From a virus, in IMG/VR virus record IMGVR_UViG_3300030041_000010: DNA of 64,000 nt; one strand, written 5' to 3'. The translations under genes were made by a program, and so were the position numbers. The notes below the pieces were generated by a model. It was not told the origin of the DNA. It saw only the letters and a list, made by a program, of their open reading frames with translations, and did no database searches. Below are positions 1 through 12,400 of the stretch, piece by piece; within the stretch, counting starts at the first letter, position 1, and each line of letters starts with the position of its first letter.

Positions 1-1
1 T

Positions 2-3000
2 TTTGGCCTTGGAGCATACTTCAACACAACTTCAGGGCTCCTTGAGGTGGATGCTGATGTTGCTGTGCTTCTCGGCAATCTGCAAGCGTCAGGGACACCA
101 GTTGCTACCCCTTTGCAGTATCAGTGGACAACAGGCGACGGGACTATTGTACTTAGCGGAGGGGGTACTCTATCCAGCACATCAGCCACCTATAGCATCG
201 CATCGACCACCTCTACCGGGGCAGTTCATCTTCAAATTCTGGATGCCCACGGAGCACCTGTCACGAGTGGGCTTAAGACTGTAAACTTCAATGAACTTGG
301 ACCGAGTGGGATGAGTTCCAGTTGGCTCACCACGGCTGCTATAAAAGTGGGAGTCACACCTCCGTTTGGGTCAACGCCAAGTAAGGTGGTTGGATACGCG
401 GGTCAGACTTTAACCATCACTTTGGCCTCTCCTGATGGCTTCAATTCTTCAGAGACTTTGTACTTTACAGTTAGTGCAGGAGGGCAGTCCTCGATAGAAA
501 CGGCGCTTGCCAGCCCAACCATTACAAACACGGGCCTGTCCATTGATTCAGGTGTACCTACCACTACAGTATCTTTCCAGTTCCCCTCTGGCACCGCTAT
601 TGGCAACAAATGGGCGTTGCAGATTTCTGCCTCGAATGTGCCATCAGGATCACCCACTCGTCAAGGGTATACTCAGGTCTTGTTTGAATGCTTGGGTAAC
701 ACCCCCTTGGTGGTCGGCGGGGTATCTTCTACGCTCAACACATCCACTGGCACTAACATTTCTCCAATTCAATTGTCGGCAACAAACGCTTTAACTAGTG
801 CCACAGTTGCAGCCACGTACGAGTTAATTGGTGGCTCGGAGTTTGGTACTGGTGTTCTCGGGGCACCTGATGGTTTGTACATCAACACTTCGAATCAGAT
901 TGCGGGTAACGCCCTCACCCCCGGTGTTTACAAGTTTGTTGTAGCGGCGACAGCAGCAGGTTATCAGCGTAGTTATAGTAATGTCGTTACCATGACAGTC
1001 ACTCAAGTGGCTTCTCAACTCCAGATTACGAACCCCACATCATCGGTCGGTTCGGTTCAGGACAATACCACATTTACGATTTCTTGGGGGACAACAGGGA
1101 CTCCATCGGCCCTATATCTCGCAAAGGGGTTTCCCACATCCACCTCGATAGTCACGGTGACTAGCGACACTTCCGCTGTTGTTCAACAGGTGGGATCATC
1201 TGTGTACAGTGTCTATGGAACGAGCTATTACGGTACCTCTTACTCGGTGCCTTTGGCTGTTATTTCCAGTTCCATCGCTCAGGCAACAAACCTTCTACCA
1301 GCCCCGACCATCGCTGTTATTGACGAGAACTATGAGCTTACGGCAAACTGGCAACCCTACACGGTAAATGGAGCGTACACCGCATATTCAGGGTGGAACA
1401 TAACGCTACAAACTCCACCGTCTGTTGGTACTTTGATTACGGTATTCAACACCGGCCTTGAAAATGGTGGCACAGCATCCGCTCGTGTGTTTGAAGAGGG
1501 GTTAGGGGTTGGTGACTATGCCATGAATATGACGGCTCTGACCGCCAACTCTTCCATCGCGCTCAACTCAAACCCATGGGACTCAAGTCATGTATTCCCT
1601 GCTTCTATACAAGCCGCAAACCTCACGCTTAGCAGTACAAATCTGCTGCTTGGACAGACTCTGACCATCACGCTAAACCCAAACTACGATGTCGCGGGTT
1701 CGTGGCAAGTTTTGTTCCCTGATAACACTTCGACCGGGTGGTTGCCACTTAGCACACGTTCTGTTGCGAAGTCATTCAATATCTCCGGCGCTTTGGACGT
1801 TGTGGTTCAAACTCAAAATGATTTTAGTACAGCAAACCCTCCGGTAAAGCTACGTCGGCAGTTTACACAGCAGATTTATGTGGTTGACCAACAGTACAAC
1901 CCCGGTGCCACTACGCAGAACAATTTAACCGGCACGCTTGGTATCGGCGGTAGCAATGGTTTTGAAATTGTAAATGCCTCAGGCGGCTTAGCTACGCCCC
2001 AGCCGTATGAGGTGATCGTTCGTTCTATCGCTCGCGATACAGTCACTAATGAACTCAAACTGATGGTTGCCACGTCACGATTCTCTAATGCCAGTTCGTT
2101 GCTCAACACCATGGCGATTGATGTGTTCCCGATGATGGGTCGTCCACATGCCAAGGAATTGATCGACCCTATTTACGTTCTTGAGGTTAACTCAGCCACT
2201 TCATCCTCTCCTGTGGCTATCACTACAATCACCTTGCCATCAACCTCTTATGTTGGTAAGCCGATGCAAGAGTTTAAAATGCAAGCATCTGGTGGCACCT
2301 TAGGTTACAGTTGGTTTGCTACTGGTTTGCCTCCGGGGCTCAAGATGAATGTGGATGGTACGATTAGTGGAACCCCGACAGCACTCGGTGCGTTCCCTGT
2401 CACCTTCGCTTGCATGGATAGTAGCAGCCCTGCGTATATTGCAGAAACCACTCTGACATTTACAATTCCAACCGATTTGCTTATTGTTGCTAACCTTCCT
2501 CTCCCCACTGCGGTTGTGGGGACAAGGTATCCCGGCACTCTCACTCAAATTTCAAATACTGGTGGGTTGGCCCCTTACACTTGGGAGATTGTGGCGGGGG
2601 CTCTTCCGGTTGGCATGACCATCGACCCTAATTTGGGGGTGTTAGGGGGCGTCCCCTGCACTTATACCTCAGAGTTTCCTGAATCAGGATACACCGAGAC
2701 TTATAATTTCGTTGTGCAGGTTACGGATGCCATTAGCGCGAAGGCATCGAGTAACTTCAGCATGAGTCTAGCTCCTGCCGCTCTTGCTTTCGGTCCGGTT
2801 GACCAGCCAGTCATCTCTGCGAGTGAGCAGTACAAGTTGGCTGTTCCGGTGTATGGAGGTCACTATCCATACACACTAAGCTCCCCCACAGACTCCGGGG
2901 TCACTCTTGTTAATGGTCAGGTCGAATTCATCGTTAGCCCCACAACCTCGGCTGTTGGTACACTGGCCTCGTTCAATGCCACAGTGCTTGATAGCAGCGG

Positions 3001-5740
3001 GACTATTCCCGCTCCTGTTGCCCACGGGCCTGTTCAGTACCGAGTGAAAACCCCGGTTAGTGCGGTGTATATTCCTCAAGCGTTTTTTGATAATTTTTGG
3101 GGTTCAGGAGACACCACATCTATAACTCATGATGTCATCGGCAGTCTGTCCGGATTCTCAATTCAACCAAGCACTACGACTTTAAGTGATGGCTTAACAC
3201 TAACTATCACTGGCTCGGGCTCACCGGCTGCAACAGTCTCCGGTCCGCCTACGTCGTCTCTAAACATTCAGGTACCTGTTCAGCTTCCAATCCTTCAGGG
3301 TAGCAGTCAGGTGGCAACCGTCACTCGTGAATACACTCTGCTGTCGCATAGTGGAACAAGCAGCATTGGGACGGTACAATGCAACACCCGTCCGTATATT
3401 GTTGGGGGTTTTGTGGGATTGAATCCACTCAAGCCTTGGTTCAACTCTCCAACAGTTAATCTCGCGGGTCTCACAGCCCGTGTTCAACTTGGCTCATCAC
3501 TGCCCACGGGTCTTTCGTTTGATTCCAACACCATGTTGATCTATGGTGTCCTCGGCGCGATAGCCACCGGCCAGAGCATCATTGAGTACATTGACATTAA
3601 CAGTGTTATTCAAGGCACAGTGACCATTGTATGGGACACTCAAAACAATGCTTTTCAACTCACCGACAACATTGTGGATGGACAAACGCAGACAGCTATC
3701 ACGGCGGGGGCAAGCACCATCTCTACCTCTACCCCTGTTACTGTATGCACTGTCTATCGTGGCCGTCTACCTATTGGACTCTCTTTATTGGTTGATCCTT
3801 CAGGTAACTTTGTTTCAATTGTGGGAACGCCCACTGAGGCGGGGTACTTCGATATTTGGTTCCGCCTCACCACATCTAGTGGTAAGTCGGCCACCTTATA
3901 TCATCGCCTCTTTGTCGATTACATTAACCCACTGGTCATTCTGACTTCATCATTGCCAACGGCAGTTACAGGTCAGCCGTACGATGGGGGATCGTTCCAG
4001 CTTCAAGGCTTTGGGGGTATTCCCTTCTCTCCCCCGGCTCAGCCGTACACATGGTCGATTACATCCACACCCGCAGGTATGTCATTCAGTACCAGCACAG
4101 GTACGCTGTCTGGAACCCCCACGGGCGGGGCTTCCACTACAACCCTTGGTTTCACTGTCACTGATTCAAGAGGTGTAACGGCATCACGCTCTATACCCTT
4201 CACCATCGTCAACGCTGTTACCATTCAAACAACAGTGTTGCCTACAATTCAGATAGGTGTTCCTTATTCTTTTCAGGTTGTCGCAGTCGGCGGCACAACG
4301 CCATATAACTGGACATGCGCTCAGCTTCCCCTTTCCGGTATTTCTATCAATGCGTCCACCGGGGTCATTTCGGGTACAACCTCAAGCATTATTACTGTTA
4401 CGTCCATCACCGTCGTAGTTCAGGACAGTAGTCTAGGCACCGCTTCAAAGCCTTTCGCACTTCAGACAGGGGCTCAGGGTGGTATGTCCATTGATGCATC
4501 AGGTGTTGGTGTAATCGACCGTGGCGCTCCTTATCAAGGGAATTTGAGGGCAGTGGGCACCGCACCTGTCCCCTATCTTCCTGTGTCGTGGCGTGTTGAT
4601 TTGAGCAGCCCAAACCCCCTCCCGACTGGCCTCACGTTACAGGCCAATTCGGCTGACCAAGGGGTGACAGCTATTATCTCAGGTTCGACCACCTCTGTAT
4701 TAACCTCTTACCCTGTGATTATCTCTGCGACTGACGCTATTGGAAATCCAGCCTCGATAACGCTTTCTCTTAACACAGCGTCTACCCTTCACATAACCAC
4801 AACCTCTTTACCACAAGGTGTTGTGTCATTGAGCTATAACGGGGGAACACCGTACCAGTTGACTGCCGCAGGATATAACACACCATTTACTTGGAGCGTC
4901 ATATCGAGCACGCCAACTTCATTCCCTTATACGTTATCCTCCTCAGGGGCAATCTCTGGCACCAGCGGTTCAGCGTTTAATGGCAGCGTCGTTTTCCAAG
5001 TGGCAGATAGTTTAAGCCCCACTGATATAGACCAAGTTACCCTTGGCCTCATTGTCTCGGCGTCTACTCTACAAATCACAACTAACTCTCCGTTAGCTCA
5101 GGGGACAGCAGGAGTCTCATACACTGCACCTTTGGCGGCAACAGGTGGGGTTCCATCCTACACGTGGGCGGTCTCCCCAGTATCAGCCAACTCGCTTCCA
5201 TCAGGGTTGAGTCTGGCAACAAGCACCGGGATAATTTCTGGGGCTACAAGTCAAGTTGGCACAAAGGTTATCACTTTCCGCGTAACTGACAGTATTGGGT
5301 CTTATGTAGATAAAGCTTTGTCGTTGACTTTCATCAGTGGTCTTACACTGTATACGGGAATTGATTACACAGATAGTCTATCAACTAACTATCTTGGGTT
5401 TATTGATACCGGCAACACCGCATCTGTCAACCCTCGTCCTAACTACTCGTTTTATGTGGTGGCAACAGGGGTAATCACAACGAGTATGTCAGCTTTGCAA
5501 GGGGGTATCTCGATCAGCAACTCCGGGTTTACAGCCACGGTGGTGTCGCTGACGGGTGGTGTTGCTTATATCAGCATCTCTGGCCCTTTCTCTTCGGGAG
5601 CTACTGGAGATAACTCATTTGGAATTACGGTAGTGGATTCTGGTGTAACAGTTACTGGAACCTTTAAGTGGATGGTATATAGCGATGGGACTCTGCGTGC
5701 CGCCGCGACCAACACATTCCCGACGCAACTTACTAGTTAA
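2..5740 (+). CDS. Giant Thr/Ser-rich virion protein with many putative Ig-like (He_PIG-type) repeats; 5' end lies outside the window
   Basis: Frame is open from base 2. Recurrent ITTxxLP...G..PYTW...LPxGL....G.ISGTPT modules; sits upstream of baseplate genes. Confidence 0.8.
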   Translation, partial: FGLGAYFNTTSGLLEVDADVAVLLGNLQASGTPVATPLQYQWTTGDGTIVLSGGGTLSSTSATYSIASTTSTGAVHLQILDAHGAPVTSGLKTVNFNELGPSGMSSSWLTTAAIKVGVTPPFGSTPSKVVGYAGQTLTITLASPDGFNSSETLYFTVSAGGQSSIETALASPTITNTGLSIDSGVPTTTVSFQFPSGTAIGNKWALQISASNVPSGSPTRQGYTQVLFECLGNTPLVVGGVSSTLNTSTGTNISPIQLSATNALTSATVAATYELIGGSEFGTGVLGAPDGLYINTSNQIAGNALTPGVYKFVVAATAAGYQRSYSNVVTMTVTQVASQLQITNPTSSVGSVQDNTTFTISWGTTGTPSALYLAKGFPTSTSIVTVTSDTSAVVQQVGSSVYSVYGTSYYGTSYSVPLAVISSSIAQATNLLPAPTIAVIDENYELTANWQPYTVNGAYTAYSGWNITLQTPPSVGTLITVFNTGLENGGTASARVFEEGLGVGDYAMNMTALTANSSIALNSNPWDSSHVFPASIQAANLTLSSTNLLLGQTLTITLNPNYDVAGSWQVLFPDNTSTGWLPLSTRSVAKSFNISGALDVVVQTQNDFSTANPPVKLRRQFTQQIYVVDQQYNPGATTQNNLTGTLGIGGSNGFEIVNASGGLATPQPYEVIVRSIARDTVTNELKLMVATSRFSNASSLLNTMAIDVFPMMGRPHAKELIDPIYVLEVNSATSSSPVAITTITLPSTSYVGKPMQEFKMQASGGTLGYSWFATGLPPGLKMNVDGTISGTPTALGAFPVTFACMDSSSPAYIAETTLTFTIPTDLLIVANLPLPTAVVGTRYPGTLTQISNTGGLAPYTWEIVAGALPVGMTIDPNLGVLGGVPCTYTSEFPESGYTETYNFVVQVTDAISAKASSNFSMSLAPAALAFGPVDQPVISASEQYKLAVPVYGGHYPYTLSSPTDSGVTLVNGQVEFIVSPTTSAVGTLASFNATVLDSSGTIPAPVAHGPVQYRVKTPVSAVYIPQAFFDNFWGSGDTTSITHDVIGSLSGFSIQPSTTTLSDGLTLTITGSGSPAATVSGPPTSSLNIQVPVQLPILQGSSQVATVTREYTLLSHSGTSSIGTVQCNTRPYIVGGFVGLNPLKPWFNSPTVNLAGLTARVQLGSSLPTGLSFDSNTMLIYGVLGAIATGQSIIEYIDINSVIQGTVTIVWDTQNNAFQLTDNIVDGQTQTAITAGASTISTSTPVTVCTVYRGRLPIGLSLLVDPSGNFVSIVGTPTEAGYFDIWFRLTTSSGKSATLYHRLFVDYINPLVILTSSLPTAVTGQPYDGGSFQLQGFGGIPFSPPAQPYTWSITSTPAGMSFSTSTGTLSGTPTGGASTTTLGFTVTDSRGVTASRSIPFTIVNAVTIQTTVLPTIQIGVPYSFQVVAVGGTTPYNWTCAQLPLSGISINASTGVISGTTSSIITVTSITVVVQDSSLGTASKPFALQTGAQGGMSIDASGVGVIDRGAPYQGNLRAVGTAPVPYLPVSWRVDLSSPNPLPTGLTLQANSADQGVTAIISGSTTSVLTSYPVIISATDAIGNPASITLSLNTASTLHITTTSLPQGVVSLSYNGGTPYQLTAAGYNTPFTWSVISSTPTSFPYTLSSSGAISGTSGSAFNGSVVFQVADSLSPTDIDQVTLGLIVSASTLQITTNSPLAQGTAGVSYTAPLAATGGVPSYTWAVSPVSANSLPSGLSLATSTGIISGATSQVGTKVITFRVTDSIGSYVDKALSLTFISGLTLYTGIDYTDSLSTNYLGFIDTGNTASVNPRPNYSFYVVATGVITTSMSALQGGISISNSGFTATVVSLTGGVAYISISGPFSSGATGDNSFGITVVDSGVTVTGTFKWMVYSDGTLRAAATNTFPTQLTS

Positions 5741-5754
5741 GAGGTATATTAAAA

Positions 5755-7974
5755 ATGGGTACTCAATACGAAACAGTCACAGTCACGGTAGGAGGGGTTA
5801 ACCCACAAACTATCACTGTATCGGTGCCGGTAAATACTTCCACAGGCACTGGATCAGCCACGTTCTCCTACACTGGGGCTCACGGGGGTACTGACACTCT
5901 TAGTGGAAGTGGGACCATCGCAGGAACTGCCTATACCTCGAACTCGGCTGAGGTGAGTTGGCAGGGCACAAATGGACAGATTCAAATTGGCCCGGTCACG
6001 GCCTATATGTGGAATGACTCAAATACGGTCACCGCTATTCAGAACTACCCTAAGTTCAACCCGGCTGACCCGGCAGTCACATCTTTGGGCATCCAATCAG
6101 GCTTAGCCTCCAGTAATGGCAACGGGTTGGCGGTTCTTTCTACCAGCTATGGGTATGTTGGCTCAGCGGTAGGTAACTCCTTGGTCCTTGACGCGGGAGG
6201 GATTGGTAATAGTAACCCCCTCACTTGGGAGACTCTGACTGCCACTGGTGGTATTGTAGGATCGACCAGCCCTTTCCCTTCTGTAAGCACTAACTTTAAT
6301 GCGGTGTTTTTGTGCAACATAATTGTTCCGACCGCTGGAACACACACTATTAACGTGCAAAACAAGCACCAAGTGTTAGTGGGTATTGGTGGACTATTCG
6401 GCGGCACGCCCTTTGCTTCGGCTCCGTTTTATTCCACAGGGAGTAACATCCCACCCGCAGGTCAGACAATGACCGCATATAGCGGCTTCCCGCTTTTGCC
6501 ATGGTTTCCATACAACAACATCTCCTATCCGGAACCTGTTACTTCAATTAGCGTCAACTTCCCTTCAGCGGGTATCTATCCGATGGAAGTTGATTATGAC
6601 TACTGGTACCACAGCGGACGTACTATGTGCCTCAGTTTTGACAACGCGACCACATCATTCGGGGGTAATAGTGTACCCACCAACTACCCGGTAACCACCA
6701 GTGTTGTCACTCCTCCTCCTGCCAGCACCCCTTCTGGTGTTCTTACAATCACCCCGGCTGGTGGAGTTACCAACTTCCAGTTTACGGGAAGCCCAATCAC
6801 TCTGACGGTTAACATATCAGGGGTTACGTATACCTCGAAATCATACTGCCCTGTGCTTGAAGGAACCAGTGGTAATTTGCTTTTGTACAACAGCGCATCC
6901 AGCAGCACTTACACATTTCAGACCTATAATGGAAACTCGGTTAATAAAACAGCGTATGCCCCGGTCGGATTCCAGCTATCCTCGGCGGATAACAATGCCT
7001 ATCAGGGATTATTTGGTGTGTCGTATAACGGCTCTGACTTCTCGTTGAATTACAATGGGACTACGGCCAACTCAACTAGTGCATCCCGCGTGCTTTCCAC
7101 TAGCTTGATCGTCACGGCGGATGATGTTGCTTGGTTCAACAACTCGAACAACTCTTTCGACCTCTTTGTTCCAGCGGGTTCAACGGGGGGGAACACCTTT
7201 AATTTCGAGGTGGATTATATGAACAATCCTTCAGTGGCATCCATCTCACCTACTACAATTACAGCCAATGGGAATAGCTATACGTTAGTTATCTCACTGA
7301 GTAAGGCGTTTTCACCTCAGCAGCAGGGAGCGTTTGGTACAGGAAACACAGTCAATTGTAGTTGCTCGATTACCGGCGCTACCTCAACCGGAAGCCCTTC
7401 TCCTAACTTAGATTCCGGTGGGTGGCTTACAGGGTGGAACGTACCCTTTACTGCCCCCTTAGCCACATCAAATCAGACCTTGACTGTTAGCCTCACTGTG
7501 TCGGGGACTCTCACTTACCTTAGTGGCGACACGTTTGTGACTAACACTATCACTTATATTAGTGGGAATGTTGGGACTATAACAGCAAATGGTTCCACGT
7601 ATTTGCCTCCTAGTGCTCAGAGTTTTTCTGTCTCGCCATCTGGCCCTACCTATCCATATACCACTACGTCAGTTACTGCAACCGCAACTGTGTTTACAGT
7701 AGCCACAAATGATTCAGTGACTTGTATTTTCAAATACCAACCAGTTGGAGCCTCGGGTTCAGGGACTATCGGAACGGGAAGTCAAACATCCTCCATTCCA
7801 GCCACTATAGGTTCTACTGCTGGTTATCTGCAAACATTCACCTTTACATTCAACCCTAATTCGTTTCTTGGCGACCCAGCAGGTAACTATCTTGGGTTTA
7901 CCGCGACTGACAACGTAAGTGGTCTAACTTGTAGCTACACTTCGACTACGGTATACACCGTAACACATCCTTAA
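5755..7974 (+). CDS. Beta-rich virion/adhesin protein, possible PA14-like domain
   Basis: 739 aa, T/S/G-rich; segment FPSAGIYPMEVDYDYW resembles the PA14 core; SD GAGG upstream. Confidence 0.55.
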   Translation: MGTQYETVTVTVGGVNPQTITVSVPVNTSTGTGSATFSYTGAHGGTDTLSGSGTIAGTAYTSNSAEVSWQGTNGQIQIGPVTAYMWNDSNTVTAIQNYPKFNPADPAVTSLGIQSGLASSNGNGLAVLSTSYGYVGSAVGNSLVLDAGGIGNSNPLTWETLTATGGIVGSTSPFPSVSTNFNAVFLCNIIVPTAGTHTINVQNKHQVLVGIGGLFGGTPFASAPFYSTGSNIPPAGQTMTAYSGFPLLPWFPYNNISYPEPVTSISVNFPSAGIYPMEVDYDYWYHSGRTMCLSFDNATTSFGGNSVPTNYPVTTSVVTPPPASTPSGVLTITPAGGVTNFQFTGSPITLTVNISGVTYTSKSYCPVLEGTSGNLLLYNSASSSTYTFQTYNGNSVNKTAYAPVGFQLSSADNNAYQGLFGVSYNGSDFSLNYNGTTANSTSASRVLSTSLIVTADDVAWFNNSNNSFDLFVPAGSTGGNTFNFEVDYMNNPSVASISPTTITANGNSYTLVISLSKAFSPQQQGAFGTGNTVNCSCSITGATSTGSPSPNLDSGGWLTGWNVPFTAPLATSNQTLTVSLTVSGTLTYLSGDTFVTNTITYISGNVGTITANGSTYLPPSAQSFSVSPSGPTYPYTTTSVTATATVFTVATNDSVTCIFKYQPVGASGSGTIGTGSQTSSIPATIGSTAGYLQTFTFTFNPNSFLGDPAGNYLGFTATDNVSGLTCSYTSTTVYTVTHP

Positions 7975-7993
7975 TTAGGAGAAATACGACAGT

Positions 7994-8689
7994 ATGTCCG
8001 ATAGTTTCGTGTATGCGTACGCACACCCACCGTTCAATTTTTTAGGGCACTTCTCAGCTAGTCAGTGGAGTGCCTTTCAGTCTTGGGTGTCTGATCGTCA
8101 AAATAACTTCGCACCCATCTCCCAGTTCTATCAGATTCGAGCCCAACAGCTTAGAAAAACTGCGGGAGTGTTGGAACAGTATTACAACACGTTGAACGAT
8201 CAACACCTTGCACCTACCTTTTCCAAAACTCTTTGGAAGCCGGGGCAATACGGCCACTTCGCTTACCCCTATGATAACGACCATCTTCCCATGGTGATGA
8301 TGAGTAAGGTTAAGACCAGATTCAAGGACATGCTTCAACGGGATGAAGAGGCTGTGTTTCACATGAATCAGGTGCGGTGTCTAATCGAGAAGAATGAGGA
8401 TATGGCTCAGCACGCTCATGATTTCATCCAACCGGCGAACTCGACCTCGAATAATGATTCTCCTGAGACACTTCAGCCTCTGTTGGCAAAAATCAACAGT
8501 TATTTCTCGAAACCTGAGTACGTAGCCGTTCTAGTAGATGACATTAACAGTTTGTACAAGGGTCAACCGTATTTCCGTGTCCATCAAGCCGATACCCCAA
8601 CTACTTGGGAGTTAGAACAGATGATGCATACTGACCCCTCATTGGGAATGCCAATCAATATCAAGGAACAAGGAGCCGTCGAAACTTAA
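7994..8689 (+). CDS. Hypothetical protein in the baseplate cluster
   Basis: 231-aa ORF with SD AGGAG; stop overlaps the next start. Confidence 0.6.
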   Translation: MSDSFVYAYAHPPFNFLGHFSASQWSAFQSWVSDRQNNFAPISQFYQIRAQQLRKTAGVLEQYYNTLNDQHLAPTFSKTLWKPGQYGHFAYPYDNDHLPMVMMSKVKTRFKDMLQRDEEAVFHMNQVRCLIEKNEDMAQHAHDFIQPANSTSNNDSPETLQPLLAKINSYFSKPEYVAVLVDDINSLYKGQPYFRVHQADTPTTWELEQMMHTDPSLGMPINIKEQGAVET

Positions 8690-9465
8690 TGAGTTATGAT
8701 TTCAACATTCGGTTGGCTCCATGTGACCATCAACAGTCATTTGAGAGATATGTTATTGATTGGGAAGATTTTATGACGCTGCATGTTGCTAGTAATGTGG
8801 TCATGAACATGCGTGCCCCAATTAACGGCGTCAATCAGGTCGAGGTGTATATCGGAGGCCAACTCATTCAACCGAATGATCTAACCTATGGGTACAAAAT
8901 CACCCCTGACATTAACCGGGTCCAGACCGACAACCCTAACCAGTTCTACAAAATCATGTTTAACAAACCGATTCGTTGGTATGTGCCTCTTATTGAGGTT
9001 TCTTACATCACGGTCAAGAACTTTTGTTTGAAATGTGGGACAGCAGGGCAGTTGAATGATATTAAGCCAGCCAGCAATGGGTCGGTTATCCATACGGTCG
9101 GCACCGATAAAATGGTTCAACGGGTGTTGAAGATGGTACTAACCTCTCAGTGTGGGTTCTACCCCCAATTCACCTGTCCAATTAAGAGTTATGTGGGTAA
9201 AAGATTTGGGGTGACAATCACAGATGCGGACGTTTCGAATCAAGTTATGACGGCTCTTCAGAATCTGAAAAGTATTCAATCGGCTCAAAGGACTGTGCAG
9301 CATCTCGACCCGCAAGAGATGTTAAAAGATATACAAAACCTGCAAACTACTACAGTTGATCCGACTTCTATTTCCATTGCGGCAGACTTAACCTCTTATG
9401 GTACGCCAAATGCGACCTCCGTGAGCTTTGCCTTAACCACGTCATCCCAGTTAGTAGGTCAATAA
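8689..9465 (+). CDS. Baseplate wedge protein with gp25-like C-terminal domain
   Basis: KMVQRVLKMVLT...YPQF resembles gp25/GPW; directly precedes the baseplate J-like gene. Confidence 0.6.
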   Translation: MSYDFNIRLAPCDHQQSFERYVIDWEDFMTLHVASNVVMNMRAPINGVNQVEVYIGGQLIQPNDLTYGYKITPDINRVQTDNPNQFYKIMFNKPIRWYVPLIEVSYITVKNFCLKCGTAGQLNDIKPASNGSVIHTVGTDKMVQRVLKMVLTSQCGFYPQFTCPIKSYVGKRFGVTITDADVSNQVMTALQNLKSIQSAQRTVQHLDPQEMLKDIQNLQTTTVDPTSISIAADLTSYGTPNATSVSFALTTSSQLVGQ

Positions 9466-12400
9466 ATGCCAACACCTAATGTCACATTAACGGCTCTTAC
9501 ATCAGTGACCCCTGTTCTGCCCACACCGACGCAGGGGCAGACAAGCTCTATCTCTGTCGATACAACGGCTCTGCCATACATCATCTACGCGGATGCAAAT
9601 ACAAGTCAGGTTGAAGTCCTCGCATACAACCAGACCACCTATAACAAAGACCCTCTTTTGGTGAATGGACAGAACCAATTTGGTGGCACCATAACCATCA
9701 ATCCCACACAAGGTGACTTCACCGTTCAGATTCTCGGTAGAAACTACGACCCAACCGCCCCTTCTTGGGCGGCGGCGACAACCTACGCTCTCAATTTTCG
9801 ATTGGTTGACCCTAATGGTTATGTTCAGGTTGTTACTACAGCGGGAGTTTCGGGGTCAACAATTCCAAGTTTCAACACAACAGTTGGTGACTCTACAACT
9901 GACAATGGCGTAGTGTGGGAGAACCTTGGTTACATCTCCATCACCCCTACCCTGAAGTTTCTCCTACTCCCGTACGTCAGTGGCTCAGGGGCTCTTATTG
10001 GCCCTCCTTCGGCTGTACGTTCTTACATGGCACAAAATATCTGTCGTGTTGAATGGTTGGAACCGACCTATCCCGGAACTATCGGAACTCGCGTCATGTT
10101 GTCCACTGATCCAAATGGCATCAATCCCATTTACACCCAGTATGGGGGGATTGTGCCACCTTCGCAACTAAGTAGATCAGATACGTCAGTGTTGGCTACT
10201 CAGTCAGCAACTGCTTATGACGGCACGGCGGGAACTCAAACCATAACGACGGTCAATACAGTTCAGCAGAACAACTATAACTACGTGGATGTTCCACAAA
10301 CAGATGTTGGTGGCGCGGACATCTTCTATGCGATGCTTTCCACGGTTATTCAAGACCCCAGCACACAAGCTATCTTTGAATCACAACAGAACGGCCCGGT
10401 TACATGTGGTTATGTAAACCTCAAACTTGTACAGCTTACCGATTTCCTTGCACTACAACGTAAAGAAGACATAGCCGGAAGGATGATTACGCAGGTCAAT
10501 CGCAATTACCCTAATTTAGACCTGTCCCCACGCTCAGAGCTTCGTGATCTTATGGTTGATCCAGTAGCGATTGAACTCTCTAATATGAGTGTTCGAGAGT
10601 GGTTCTCGCGGGTTAGTCGATCCGTTTCGGGTCTTGCTCAAATTGATAATGCCAGCGGTAACGGCATCAGCGACCCATTCAACTCGTCTCCTGTGAAGCA
10701 GCAAATTTCTCGTGCGTATGGATTAAACCCCACCGACACTCAAACATTTATTGACAGTCAGTTTGATGTACTTGGTGAGCGTGCTGGTCTCAGCCGCCTT
10801 GGTGCAACTTCTTCGGTTGTAACCATCACGTTCTACACATACGTCAAACCAACTTCTTCGGTGGTGTTTCCTACCGGCCTCATTGTTTCTACAATAGCTG
10901 ACGCACAGACTTCAGCTTTAAATTTTGTGACAACCGGCTCCGCCAGTATAGCGACAAGCTCTACTAACACGTATTACAACCCGGTCAATGGTTGGTGGGC
11001 ACTAAGCGTACCAGCCTCTTGCCAATCCGCAGGAAGTAACACAAACGTAGGGTCTGGAACAATCAATAATCTTGGCTCTGGAGCCCCTTCAGGATGGTAC
11101 TGCACAAATTTGGTGGCAGCGGCATTCGGACAGGATAGAGAAATTAACTCCAGCTTTGCCTCTCGTATCATAACCCGGTCGGTAACAGGGGTGGATTCAG
11201 GTACACGTAACGGATACCTTACCACAGCACTTGAAACCCCCGGAATAACCTCCGCAGTTGTGGTTGCGGCGGGGGCGACTGAGATGCTCCGTGACTGGGA
11301 TTCAATTCGTCAAAAGCATGTGTATGGTTGTGTGGATATTTATACGAGAGGTATCAGCTTCTCTGAGCAGGATGAAGTGGTTGGGTTTCAATATAAGAAC
11401 ACTGGCACGTTTGGGACTCCTACAACGTACATCACACTAAACTCGTTTAATAGGAACACGCTAAGTGCTCAGATTCCAAATTTTGCCTCTCTTCTATACC
11501 CCCTGTACCAAGGAGTGCAGCTTCTTGTCACCGGATCAAATGGGAGTTTTTATCTTGGCCTAGAGAATGCTCAATTCGATAATGTGGGGGGCTATATTAT
11601 ATTGAATCCGAACGATCTGGCCTACCAAATTGTCGGCGACCCACTATCTCAGATTTCTATTCCTTTGGTACTCAATGGAGCACCCGCGACAAATAGGGCG
11701 GCTATTTCCAATCTATCTACCCAATCAGGAAGCACGACCTACCAATTGTTGGCAAGATACCAATCTCCTCTCACTGACGCCCCAGCGTTTCAACCAGTGG
11801 TTGCGGTGAACTCTGTTATTGGTCAGGCCAGTCAAACAGGTACAGTGGCGTCTAATCTCATCGACTTAATCCACACCTCTGATTTCTTGTTGAATGGTGG
11901 GTCTAATCAGGCTGGAGATTTTGTCAATGTATCAACCACCGCCACTGCTTCGACTACAAAGACAATAACCGCAGTCAGTGGTAGTTTTGTAACGATTGAT
12001 TCAGGTATGAGTCTAACAGTGGACATTAACGGGAATCTTGGTAACGTGGTTTCAGTTCTTTCTAGTGACCAATCCACCTTATATGGCTTTGGTACAGACT
12101 ACGCTCTTGCTTCTATAGGAGCCTACCACACCTATGGCATTAAACCACTTCAAGTTACTGTGCAGGTCACAGCGATTCAGATTCTAGGGACATCAAGTCA
12201 GGCAGTTTTTACATGCAATAACTTGTTCGGGGTCGGAGCTACTGTCACTGTTAACAATTTAACCACACCTGAATTGGCGACCCTGTTCCCCTCCTCCACC
12301 GTTTTGACGGTGACTTCTTCAAATGGTTCGTCTTTCACAGTAACGTTCACATCAAGTTTGAACACAACCCCGATTGCAACAACCGGCACAGTTGCAGGAA